NCBI GenBank assembly: GCA_038318455.1
Contig: JBBQCF010000001.1
Span: 1 to 53,411, forward strand
Reading direction: 5' to 3'
DNA: 53,411 nucleotides
From: Candidatus Moraniibacteriota bacterium
Lineage (GTDB): Bacteria > Patescibacteriota > Minisyncoccia > Moranbacterales > GWC2-37-73
Shown here: in pieces, positions 26,240 through 34,927 of the stretch
Layout of the letters: each line of letters opens with the position of its first letter
Position numbering within the stretch: position 1 is the first letter of the stretch
Notes under the pieces: generated by a model
What the model saw: the letters and a program-made list of their open reading frames with translations, nothing else
What the model was told of the DNA's origin: nothing
The model's database searches: none
Made by a program: the position numbers and the translations under genes

Positions 26240-27289
26240 CTATTCCCACTTACTCATCATTATCCCCAGATCTTTTGTGTTAATTATACCATCAATATTG
26301 ATATCACTAGCATTGCCAGATCCAAGATGAAGCCAATTTGAAATTAAGGTTGTAAAGTTGGAGATTGAATAGGTTATTGAAGAAGCTATAATTGGACCAA
26401 TAAAAGGATTTCCATAGGAGTCAATATTGGGCGGCGTAGTGTTATATATAACCATGTCGTCATAAAAAACATTTGGGAAAACATTTGGCACCATAAAAGA
26501 TTGATTAGAACTAAAATATAATTTTTCCCATCCATTTTTTGATGATAAAGATCCATGTGAATAATTTACAGTCTCTGAGAAAATCCTCAACTCTCCATCA
26601 ATCCATAATTTACCAATGCCATCAGAAGCTGCATTATAAGAGCTTATTCCATATGTATCCATTTTTAAATGCATTTCATAGGAGTGCCACAAACCATCTC
26701 CATGAATATGTCCTCCCATGTGTTCTGACCAAGAATAATTATTTATTGCCAATGTATTATTGCATCGCTCTGTACAATCACCCTGGCAAACAAATCTGAA
26801 TTGATTTCCTCCAGATTCTGGTTCTAAAATTGTTTGCACAGTATCTCCTCCCGCAGTTAAAAATATTATTTTTTCCCATCCATAAGAAAGCATATCCCAA
26901 TCTATAGGATGTAGCATATACCATCGAATCCATAATTCTTTTTGTGGTGAGGGAAATATAACACCAACTTGAGCAGATGATATATTTGTCCCGGGAGCAT
27001 CCACAAAGGAAATACCGCCGCCGCCCAATCCATCGGGATTGTTTGCCCTAACATTTATTTTAGTTTTATATTCAATTTCAACAGGCATTTCTGCTGAAGC
27101 ATCTAATATTTTTGTAAGATTATCACAACTCAAAGTATCAGGATCAATCCAATCAGCACAATCAAATGTCGTCTCCCACTTTCCATTTGTAAAAGTTACT
27201 GCAGCATTTGCACTTTGAACTCCAAAAAAACTTAGCAAAAAAATTGTTAAAAATATTTTTATTAATTTTATATTTTGTATTTTTCGCAT
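26240..27289 (-). CDS. Secreted ConA/LamG-like jelly-roll protein with a C-terminal dockerin-like module (paralog 4 of 4)
   Basis: It is 349 aa with a signal peptide ...VQSANA. It contains GLWHSYEMHLK...LWIDGEL and the C-terminus YSISNFTTLISNWLH...DINIDGIINTKDLGIMMSKWE. Confidence 0.75.
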   Translation of the reverse strand: MRKIQNIKLIKIFLTIFLLSFFGVQSANAAVTFTNGKWETTFDCADWIDPDTLSCDNLTKILDASAEMPVEIEYKTKINVRANNPDGLGGGGISFVDAPGTNISSAQVGVIFPSPQKELWIRWYMLHPIDWDMLSYGWEKIIFLTAGGDTVQTILEPESGGNQFRFVCQGDCTERCNNTLAINNYSWSEHMGGHIHGDGLWHSYEMHLKMDTYGISSYNAASDGIGKLWIDGELRIFSETVNYSHGSLSSKNGWEKLYFSSNQSFMVPNVFPNVFYDDMVIYNTTPPNIDSYGNPFIGPIIASSITYSISNFTTLISNWLHLGSGNASDINIDGIINTKDLGIMMSKWE

Positions 27290-27351
27290 TTCACCCTATG
27301 AACCTTACGAACTTGAAACTTTATGAACTTCTATTCCCACTTACTCATCAT
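27290..27351 (-). repeat. Array-edge stub: a spacer copy plus the last 6 codons and stop (MMSKWE*) of a deleted fifth paralog
   Basis: Bases 27262-27351 align with 26174-26260, apart from an extra t at 27261 (ttattaat vs tattaat). Identity ends exactly after ...cttactcatcat, 14 nt from the mnmA stop. Confidence 0.8.
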
Positions 27352-27365
27352 GAAGCTTAAACCCA

Positions 27366-28466
27366 TTATTCAATAATGGTTCCACCGCCAAGCACTTCAT
27401 TGTCATCTGCATAAAAAACTGCTGATTGCCCCGGTGTGATTGCTTTTTGCCTCTCTTTAAATTCTACTTCATACAAAATCTTCGTTGCACTTGTTGCTTG
27501 TTTTTTTATTATACCACGCACCAATGGATGCCGATACCGAATTTTCACATTAACTTCCAACGGTAATTTTGGCTCCGCAACAATCCAATTCTTAAGTTCA
27601 ATTAACATGGTTTTCTTGAAAATTTCATCATCATTTTCATCATTAGTCACAATCAAACAATTATTTTCAAAATCACGTCTGACCACAAAATACGGCCCAT
27701 TGCCACCAATATTGATTCCCTTGCGTTGTCCGATTGTATAGAGCTCCAGACCATCATGCATGCCAATTTTCGCGCCAGCCGTGGTGATAATATCGCCCGG
27801 TGACAAAGTCAGATTACGTTTAATGAATTTGGTGGGGGTTTTTTCGGGTGTGAAACAAAGTCCTTGCGAATCCTCTTTATCAAAAACTGGAAGTTTTATT
27901 TTTTGGGCAATTTTTCTAATTTCTGGTTTTTTGTATGTTCCAACGGGAAACAAAATTCTTGACAATTGATTTTGTGAAAGAGAATACAAAAAATATGTCT
28001 GATCTTTTTCTTCATCAGTTGAGGTGTAGAGATGAAATTTTCCATCAATTTTTTTCACTTCTGCATAATGACCAGTTGCCACAAAGTCTGCATCCATTTC
28101 CAGCATTTTTTTGAACAAAAAATTAAATTTAATTCTTTCATTGCAAACCACGCAAGGATTTGGTGTGCGACCATTTTTTGTTTCTTCCAAAAAATAATCC
28201 ACCACTTCTTTTTTGAATTCCTTGGCAGCATTAGCCGTATAAAGTGGAATATCCAAGATTTGAGCCACTTTGCGCGCATCTTGTTGCGACTCCACGGAGC
28301 AACATTTATTCTCACGAAGTTCATCTTGCCCTGGCTCTTTCCAGAAATGCATAAAAACCCCCACAACGTCATAGCCTTGCTCTTTGAGAAGTGCAGCTGC
28401 CACCGAAGAATCAACTCCCGCGCTCATCCCCACAATTACACGTTTTTTAGCCTTTTTTTCTTTCAT
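27366..28466 (-). CDS. mnmA: tRNA-specific 2-thiouridylase MnmA
   Basis: It has a PP-loop (VGMSAGVDSS) and the catalytic region NPCVVCN. RBS ggag lies 5 nt before ATG 28466; the track begins at GTG 28472. Confidence 0.92.
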   Translation of the reverse strand: MKEKKAKKRVIVGMSAGVDSSVAAALLKEQGYDVVGVFMHFWKEPGQDELRENKCCSVESQQDARKVAQILDIPLYTANAAKEFKKEVVDYFLEETKNGRTPNPCVVCNERIKFNFLFKKMLEMDADFVATGHYAEVKKIDGKFHLYTSTDEEKDQTYFLYSLSQNQLSRILFPVGTYKKPEIRKIAQKIKLPVFDKEDSQGLCFTPEKTPTKFIKRNLTLSPGDIITTAGAKIGMHDGLELYTIGQRKGINIGGNGPYFVVRRDFENNCLIVTNDENDDEIFKKTMLIELKNWIVAEPKLPLEVNVKIRYRHPLVRGIIKKQATSATKILYEVEFKERQKAITPGQSAVFYADDNEVLGGGTIIE

Positions 28467-28511
28467 ATACACTCCATTATATGGCTATTTTCTCATTTTG
28501 TAAACAAAAAA

Positions 28512-28766
28512 TCAGCAAATTAGAGCATTTAAAATTAAAGCTTGTTTTTCTTTTTTTGTTAATTTTTTAATCCTATTTTCCTCTTTCGAAGCCAAAGAGC
28601 GGTTTTTGAATTTTTCAGAATATACCAAAACAACTGGCCGACGACCAGCAGTATATTTTGCTCCCAAAACTGAATTATTGTGCTCATCGACTCGCCTTTC
28701 CAAATCAGTTGTGATGCCAGTATAAAAAGTTTCGTCGACGCATTTTAAAATGTATACCTGCCACAT
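28512..28766 (-). CDS. GIY-YIG nuclease superfamily protein (small stand-alone type)
   Basis: It is 84 aa with VYILKC...FYTGITTDLERRVDEHN, i.e. a GIY-(x10)-YxG...R...E pattern. Confidence 0.85.
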   Translation of the reverse strand: MWQVYILKCVDETFYTGITTDLERRVDEHNNSVLGAKYTAGRRPVVLVYSEKFKNRSLASKEENRIKKLTKKEKQALILNALIC

Positions 28767-28802
28767 AATTTTATTTTATAACTCTCATAAATTTATCTCT
28801 GT

Positions 28803-28903
28803 GTCATTCCCAACTTGCCGCGCCCACCTTGGGAGGAATTGGGAATCCAGTCTTTAGTCCCACTAGTGGCAAACTCCTGGATTCCCGTTTTCACGGGAAT
28901 GAC
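28803..28903. repeat. 101-bp nested palindromic intergenic element
   Basis: The terminal inverted repeat is gtcattccc...gggaatgac. The inner pair is gggaatccag (28841-50) with ctggattccc (28877-86). The core palindrome is ccactagtgg and there is a hairpin cccgttttcacggg. Confidence 0.6.
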
Positions 28904-28950
28904 AAATTTCCGCATCTACCTAGCAAGCTAAAAAACTAATCTCTAACAAG

Positions 28951-30267
28951 CTAATTTTCGCATCTTTCCAAAAACTCTCTTTGCATTCTTTTCTTTTTAA
29001 TCACTCCCAATTTTGCAACCTTGCCAACGCTGTCAACTGACAAATCTTTCAATACTTTATCAAATTCATACACACGAGGATTCACTTCCAGCGCGATGTC
29101 ATTAATTCCTAAAAGTTTAATGCCATCAAGAGTTCTAACTCGCGAAAGAGCCACATAGCCCATGCCATATTCAAAAGATTTGGAAAGATCCATTTCGACC
29201 ATATCCAAAGTCATCCCTTGGCTTTTGTGAATCGTGATTGCCCAAGCCAAACGGAGCGGAACTTGCGAAATTGAAGCAAGTGATTTTTCATCTTCTTCGA
29301 TTGACCATTTTTCTGGCGTCGCCACAATTGTTCGCCCAGCCAATGTTTTCACAATAGGCATTCCACCCAAATCAAAACCTGTCACTTTCCCTAGTGTTCC
29401 ATTAACATATCCTCTTTCAAAATTATTTTTCACAAACATCACCACTGCACCTTCTTTGAGAATTAATTTTTCAGGCGCCAGACATCCTTTCATGATCGAA
29501 GCCGCCACAAATTCATTGCCAGCAGTTTTCATGAGGAATGTTTTACTTTCTTCTTTTATTTTTGCCAATTCCAAATTGTTGATCACATCGACATTAACAT
29601 TATGCGTGTAAAGTTTTGTCGGTGTTATATCTTTCTTGATAGATTTATTTTGTCGAGAACAAATGAGGTCAACGGTTTCTTCACTGCAAGAACGCGCGCG
29701 GATATCATTAAGAATTTTGAGCATTTGCTTGTCTTCTTGTCTATGCTGTTCTTCCAAATAACAAACCGTAGGATTCATCTCCTCCCAAGCTGCTGATTCA
29801 ACAACAAAATGTGCTTCTTGACCATATTTCGTCACTGGTGGAAGTTGAAAAAAATCTCCACACAAGATAACCTGAAGCCCACCAAACGGAGAAAATGGCT
29901 CTTTGAATTTTTTGCAAATGGTGTTCACGATATCCAATTGATGAGCATGCAGCATTGAAACTTCATCAATAATTAAAACTTTCACACTATCAAATCTGTT
30001 TTTATGATAATGTCTTTTTTTAAGCTTGGTATAATCATCTTCAGTAAAAGTGTCTCCAATTCCCATGCCTGACCAAGAATGAATAGTCTGACCATTCATA
30101 TGAGTGGCAGCGATTCCAGTAGAGGCAGTTATAGCAACTCCTATACTATTCTTTTTAAGATAATCAATATATTGCTTGAGCAGATATGTCTTACCAGAGC
30201 CAGCAGCGCCAGTGAGAAAAACATTGTGTCCAAGTTTCAGAATATCGAGTGCAGTTTTCTGTTTCAT
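28951..30267 (-). CDS. PIF1/RecD-family ATP-dependent DNA helicase
   Basis: It is 438 aa with Walker A GAAGSGKTY, TGIAATHMNGQTIHS, Walker B IIDEVSM, GDFFQLPPV and IHKSQGMT. Confidence 0.88.
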   Translation of the reverse strand: MKQKTALDILKLGHNVFLTGAAGSGKTYLLKQYIDYLKKNSIGVAITASTGIAATHMNGQTIHSWSGMGIGDTFTEDDYTKLKKRHYHKNRFDSVKVLIIDEVSMLHAHQLDIVNTICKKFKEPFSPFGGLQVILCGDFFQLPPVTKYGQEAHFVVESAAWEEMNPTVCYLEEQHRQEDKQMLKILNDIRARSCSEETVDLICSRQNKSIKKDITPTKLYTHNVNVDVINNLELAKIKEESKTFLMKTAGNEFVAASIMKGCLAPEKLILKEGAVVMFVKNNFERGYVNGTLGKVTGFDLGGMPIVKTLAGRTIVATPEKWSIEEDEKSLASISQVPLRLAWAITIHKSQGMTLDMVEMDLSKSFEYGMGYVALSRVRTLDGIKLLGINDIALEVNPRVYEFDKVLKDLSVDSVGKVAKLGVIKKKRMQREFLERCEN

Positions 30268-30337
30268 TATTTTTATATCTTACATCGCCAAAATGAAGCT
30301 ATTTTTTATTATAATTCCAATATCTATAATACATTAA

Positions 30338-30374
30338 TAAAAGCCTTTGGGAAATTCTTCCCAAAGGCTTTTTG
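30338..30374. terminator. Bidirectional terminator
   Basis: The 12-bp stem aagcctttggga/tcccaaaggctt is flanked by A and T runs. Confidence 0.7.
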
Positions 30375-30383
30375 ACTCTAGCG

Positions 30384-30674
30384 TTATTCATCGTCATATC
30401 TGCAAAATTCATGGTCCATTTCGTCTGTCAAATCATCTTCCGTTTCCGTATTGGGAAACATGCTGCAACCCGGCGTCATCTGGCATTCACTATGAAGCTC
30501 TGCCTGAAACTCGGGGTTGATGTTTTCAGCGATAAAATCATACATCGCAATTTTTCCAGACCCATCCATCATGTCGGGATCAAAATCAATGCCCCTAGTG
30601 ATACACTTGCGAACAATGTATTCGAAAAGCTCGCTTTCACTCATTTCCAAAATATCATCCAAATCAATAGCCAT
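30384..30674 (-). CDS. Hypothetical highly acidic small protein
   Basis: RBS aaaggag lies 8 nt before ATG 30674 (MAIDLDDILEMSE...). It is 96 aa and rich in D/E. The track ORF starts 21 codons earlier and overlaps the upstream gene. Confidence 0.6.
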   Translation of the reverse strand: MAIDLDDILEMSESELFEYIVRKCITRGIDFDPDMMDGSGKIAMYDFIAENINPEFQAELHSECQMTPGCSMFPNTETEDDLTDEMDHEFCRYDDE

Positions 30675-30705
30675 GAGTCCTACTCCTTTTTCACGATTTT
30701 TTTTG

Positions 30706-31149
30706 TCACATGAACAATAGTGGTACATCTGAAACAAAATCTGCGCTTCGCGAATGGCAATAATCCTTTTCCGTCATCAATTCACGAGCGTTTTCAAGCT
30801 CTACCCTGATTGCATCTTTGTAATAAATGTTTGCAAAAACATTTACATAAATTTCCTTGTTGGGGAAAAGTTTTAAATATTCAAGAAATTTTACTTCGTA
30901 TTCACCTGCCGATTCAGAGACGAATATATTGCAACTCATGGCCTTAGTCATATTGTTAATGAAATTTTTTTGGATATAGTTTTCAGCTCGCATCCTTTCC
31001 TTATTATCAAGATGATTAAGCGCGATATAAACCTTACAATAATCTCCATTTTCCATGCTTCTTATTGCTCTGTTCAGATTTATAAAGGTTAAATTATCAA
31101 TTGCAAAAAAAAGACCCGCCCTAGCAAAGACAAACGCAATTTTTTTCAT
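30706..31149 (-). CDS. Hypothetical protein
   Basis: This is a 147-aa ORF with RBS aggggga upstream. I recognised no motif. Confidence 0.6.
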   Translation of the reverse strand: MKKIAFVFARAGLFFAIDNLTFINLNRAIRSMENGDYCKVYIALNHLDNKERMRAENYIQKNFINNMTKAMSCNIFVSESAGEYEVKFLEYLKLFPNKEIYVNVFANIYYKDAIRVELENARELMTEKDYCHSRSADFVSDVPLLFM

Positions 31150-31234
31150 TTTTCAGTCCCCCTTTTTTTGGTGTGATATTAAATAAATATTAACTTTTGA
31201 AAAAACAATTAAATATTATTATACACCAACATCG

Positions 31235-31270
31235 CAAAAAAAGCAAGGCTTTGAGAGTCTTGCTTTTTTT
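31235..31270. terminator. Terminator after the TraD-like ATPase gene
   Basis: The stem aagcaag/cttgctt is flanked by A7 and T7 runs. Confidence 0.55.
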
Positions 31271-31279
31271 CCCTTGATT

Positions 31280-33421
31280 TTACTGCTTGCTCTCGTCAAT
31301 CATCTTTCTGACTTCATCCAAATTCACTTGTGGCCTTGTTCTTTGTGGTTTAAATTGCTTTGGTGCAATATATTGCATTTGCGAAAGTGACATTGGACGA
31401 TCTTTGGAAATATATGCTTTGTGCTCAATTTTTCTTTCTATCGGTTGCACTGCTTGAGTTGTCTTGGTTTTATATTTTGGAATTTCTTGCATCATTTTTA
31501 TTGGTGCAGATTGAGCTGGAGCTGATTGCTCTCTAGTTTCTTCTTGTTGTCTTTGAATTTTCTTTTCTTGATTAAGTTTTTCCTTAGCATTCATGCGTTG
31601 ATATTCCTTGAGACAATCCTTGCAAAATGTTGGCCTTTTTCCGTCTGGTGCAAATGGAATTTGAATTTCTTCAGCGCACATGTCGCAGATTGCATCAAAT
31701 TTTGGCCTTTCATCGGCAGGTTTTACATAATAATCTGGATTTTCTTCTGGCATTGGCTCTGCTTGAACTTGGGGCTCTATTATTTCTACTACAAATTTTT
31801 CAGTAACCTCTAGAGCTGGAGCAAGATCAGTCTCGCGTCTTTGTGGCACTTGGCTTGGAACAATTTGAGGTTGAATTTCAGCAGTTTTCCCATGCACTCC
31901 TTGCTCATCGTGAGAAGCCTGGAGTGCTTTGTCTTGGACTGGCTGTTTGGTCACATTTCGAGTATCAGGGGCAACAGATGGCCTTGGAGCGCTTGTAGGA
32001 GCATTTGACGGTGAATATTGTCCTGCTGGAGTAGATTGCTGAATATTTGGTCGTGTTGGAGCAAAGTTGCGACTAGCAGGATTTGGAATTGTTTGATGCT
32101 CTGGAGCCTTGTTGACGGTAGTAAAACCAGCAGCTGGCATCACCCCTGCCCAGCGAGAAATTTTATCCTCAACTTCCTCTTTGCTTGAAGCATAGCGCTC
32201 GCGAGAAGATGCGATAATTTTTTCTTCATTACTTTCAGTGTCTCCAATGTAAACTGGTGGCAAAACTTTAGCAGAAAAAGCGTCCCCCGCAATTCCATCA
32301 ATCATCAATTTCAAATAAATATTATATTTTGGCAAATTGACAATATCATTTTGCACAAATACTGGCATGAATTCTTTTTCCAAAAATTCAGCATCCATCG
32401 CACCCACGCGAAAAGAGATGATAGTTCCAGCGTTACCAAAAATAGCATCGCGAACTTTTTCATCAATTTGGGTGATATATTGATTTGCCAAAATCAAATT
32501 CAAACGATATTTTCGAGCTTCCGACAAAATGTTAGCAAAAGATTCTGTGGCAAAGTTTTGAAATTCATCAACGTATAAATAAAAATCCTTACGATCTTCT
32601 TCTGGGATATCCACGCGACCCATAGCAGCGAGCTGAATTTTGGTGATCATCATCGCTCCAAGCAGCGCACCATTGTCCTCGCCAATTCGTCCCTTAGAAA
32701 GATTAATGATCAAAATCTTATTTGTGTCCATCGCATTTCTGATGTCAAAAGACGATGTTGTTTGACCAACAATATTTCGAATAAGTGAACTGGAAAGAAA
32801 TTGCCCGACCTTGTTTTGAATCGGAGACACCACTTCTTGGAGGACTTTGTCACTCCATTTCGGAAATTCATCCACCCAAAACTGCCTAATCACAGGATCA
32901 GTTATCTTTTCCACCACTCTTTCGCGATATTTCTTATCAACCAAGATCCTAGTCACGCCAAGCAAAGTACTGCCAGGGTATTCAAGCAAGGCCAAAATAG
33001 CATTACGCAAAATATATTCAAGTCGTGGTCCCCAAGAATCAGCCCAAATCTTTTTAAAAACTCCAATGAGGCCAGAGGCCACCAAATGACGATAATCAGG
33101 ATCAACAGATTCCATAACATTAAAAGCCAAAGGAAAATTTTGATCAGCTGGGTTTAGATAGATAACATCATTAATGCGACTTGCCGGAATAGCTTTTAGC
33201 AATTTTTCTGCCGTGTCACCATGCGGATCAATATAACAAACGCCGTGACCATTTCTAATATCCTGCACCACCAGATTTTCCAGCAGGTTTGTCTTTCCCA
33301 TACCAGTCTTTCCGATAATATACATATGCCGAGTTCTGTCATCAGTTTTTATTCCGAAAACTCGTTCTTGATTTCTGAAAGTTGTTTTTGCAAAAAATGC
33401 AATTTCATTATTTTGTGCCAT
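31280..33421 (-). CDS. TraD/VirD4-like (FtsK-HerA superfamily) P-loop ATPase with a low-complexity linker and a C-terminal CxxC-x17-CxxC zinc ribbon
   Basis: It is 713 aa with Walker A IIGKTGMGKTN and Walker B FYLYVDEFQNF. A P/Q/S-rich region lies at about residues 440-560. It then carries CDMCAEEIQIPFAPDGKRPTFCKDC and a Lys-rich tail. Confidence 0.8.
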   Translation of the reverse strand: MAQNNEIAFFAKTTFRNQERVFGIKTDDRTRHMYIIGKTGMGKTNLLENLVVQDIRNGHGVCYIDPHGDTAEKLLKAIPASRINDVIYLNPADQNFPLAFNVMESVDPDYRHLVASGLIGVFKKIWADSWGPRLEYILRNAILALLEYPGSTLLGVTRILVDKKYRERVVEKITDPVIRQFWVDEFPKWSDKVLQEVVSPIQNKVGQFLSSSLIRNIVGQTTSSFDIRNAMDTNKILIINLSKGRIGEDNGALLGAMMITKIQLAAMGRVDIPEEDRKDFYLYVDEFQNFATESFANILSEARKYRLNLILANQYITQIDEKVRDAIFGNAGTIISFRVGAMDAEFLEKEFMPVFVQNDIVNLPKYNIYLKLMIDGIAGDAFSAKVLPPVYIGDTESNEEKIIASSRERYASSKEEVEDKISRWAGVMPAAGFTTVNKAPEHQTIPNPASRNFAPTRPNIQQSTPAGQYSPSNAPTSAPRPSVAPDTRNVTKQPVQDKALQASHDEQGVHGKTAEIQPQIVPSQVPQRRETDLAPALEVTEKFVVEIIEPQVQAEPMPEENPDYYVKPADERPKFDAICDMCAEEIQIPFAPDGKRPTFCKDCLKEYQRMNAKEKLNQEKKIQRQQEETREQSAPAQSAPIKMMQEIPKYKTKTTQAVQPIERKIEHKAYISKDRPMSLSQMQYIAPKQFKPQRTRPQVNLDEVRKMIDESKQ

Positions 33422-33538
33422 ATTTTTAATGACCGTATTTTCTGCGCTCGCTTCGCTTGAAAATAACTAGCGTTGTAGTTAATTCTTATTTTATTTATTG
33501 CTTACTGAATATTTAATTTTGTATATTGTTTATTGAAA

Positions 33539-34816
33539 TTATTCTATTGGCAAATTTGATGGCGCACCACCACGTTTAGCCTCAACTCGAGAAAAGGCAG
33601 GTGCCATCACATTCATATCTGGGAAATGATATATGGAAGCTAATTCTTCCGCACTGAAAACCAACATTTCACCATCCCTATTTCTGGTCCGATAACGACG
33701 AAGCAATTTTCGTTGGCGATAACGCAAGCGATTTTTTTGGTTGATGTAATTTGCAAATGTTTTTGATTTATTGTCAGGCTTCATGCTGTTCAAGTTGTCA
33801 TCATTGAACTGCTTGAGCGCTCCCCAAAAAGCAGACACGCCCAGTGCTTTGTCATAATTTTCTCTGCGTCCAAGATAAATAAAACGACCCTTGGCAGAAA
33901 ATTGCAATTTTCCAAGATTATCCTCCACCGCTTTCAGCACATCGCGCTCCCCTGGAGAAAGACGAGTGTCGAGCGGTTGTTCGTCTTTTTTCTTTTCAGC
34001 TGCAAATTCCACTGGCGTATGCCAAGCTGAAAACAGCGCAGTGAAAACATCTTTCATGTCATTTATTATCCTATCAAAAAAATGTACTTCTTTCTTTTCC
34101 CTGCCTTTCAATTTTTCAGTAAGCTCTTTTCCTTTTTTTCCAGCCCAAGATGGAGATTCTGGTGCAATCACCCACTGAAGCCACATTTGTTGACCTGGTC
34201 CAAGCTTTCCCATCACCTCCAATAAGCCTGACAATGGGTCAATCATAGTTCCAGTAATGTCTTCCTCAAAAGCCTTGTATGTTCTGATTGGATAAGCTGG
34301 GTGATTCTGAAAAGCAATATCAGCGCCCCACAAATCCCATTTACCATTAGGAATAATTTTTGGCACATCATCAACATAATCTGGAACTTCAATAATTTCA
34401 GTGTCAGGATATTGAGAATAAATAGCAGCTTCAACCAAATGGCGATATTTTTTCATGGAACGCACATAAAAATGCACCGTGCCTTGATCACTAACCATTT
34501 CAAGACTCATATAATCAGGAAACATTCCGCTGATATATGTTTCAGCCACATCAAAACCTTTCTCTACTCCAGCAAAGGCCACAAAAAGTGCCTCCATTGG
34601 TTTGGGACTTTTTTCAATATTTTTTGGTGGAATAAGTTCCAAAAGAACCCAAGAAGCTGAACCCCAGAAAGCATCCTGCACATAGCGAAGCCAATAAAGT
34701 TCAAACATAAAAAATAAAATCGGTGGCAAAACAATGAACCATGTGTAGCTCATCACCTGCCCTACCGATTTTAAATCCGTGGCTATTGATGCTATCGAAG
34801 CGAAAATAATATCCAT
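33539..34816 (-). CDS. Hypothetical membrane-anchored protein, putative partner of the TraD-like ATPase
   Basis: It is 425 aa with two N-terminal TM helices and a large soluble domain. It sits directly upstream on the same strand as the ATPase. Confidence 0.7.
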   Translation of the reverse strand: MDIIFASIASIATDLKSVGQVMSYTWFIVLPPILFFMFELYWLRYVQDAFWGSASWVLLELIPPKNIEKSPKPMEALFVAFAGVEKGFDVAETYISGMFPDYMSLEMVSDQGTVHFYVRSMKKYRHLVEAAIYSQYPDTEIIEVPDYVDDVPKIIPNGKWDLWGADIAFQNHPAYPIRTYKAFEEDITGTMIDPLSGLLEVMGKLGPGQQMWLQWVIAPESPSWAGKKGKELTEKLKGREKKEVHFFDRIINDMKDVFTALFSAWHTPVEFAAEKKKDEQPLDTRLSPGERDVLKAVEDNLGKLQFSAKGRFIYLGRRENYDKALGVSAFWGALKQFNDDNLNSMKPDNKSKTFANYINQKNRLRYRQRKLLRRYRTRNRDGEMLVFSAEELASIYHFPDMNVMAPAFSRVEAKRGGAPSNLPIE

Positions 34817-34927
34817 GTTTTTCTTGTCCTGCTGAAAATGTTTACAGACATTAATTCAACTAGGATGTTTTTCTTTTTCTTTTATAACTAACAAGTGAAT
34901 TATAACACTTCCAGCGTTTTGGTGAAA

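Noticed and set aside
22736-27352. Regularly spaced conserved short sequences, every ~1.05-1.25 kb, that might superficially suggest a repeat-spacer array.
   Set aside because: The spacing is gene-sized. The conserved blocks are the 3' ends, spacers and 5' ends of paralogous protein genes. There are no short direct repeats of CRISPR type and no cas genes.
28881-28900. ATTCCC-N8-GGGAAT, formally identical in layout to the Neisseria dRS3 repeat.
   Set aside because: It occurs once here, in an unrelated low-GC organism. It is better explained as one stem-loop of the larger 101-bp palindromic element. No flanking RS or Correia-type structure is present.
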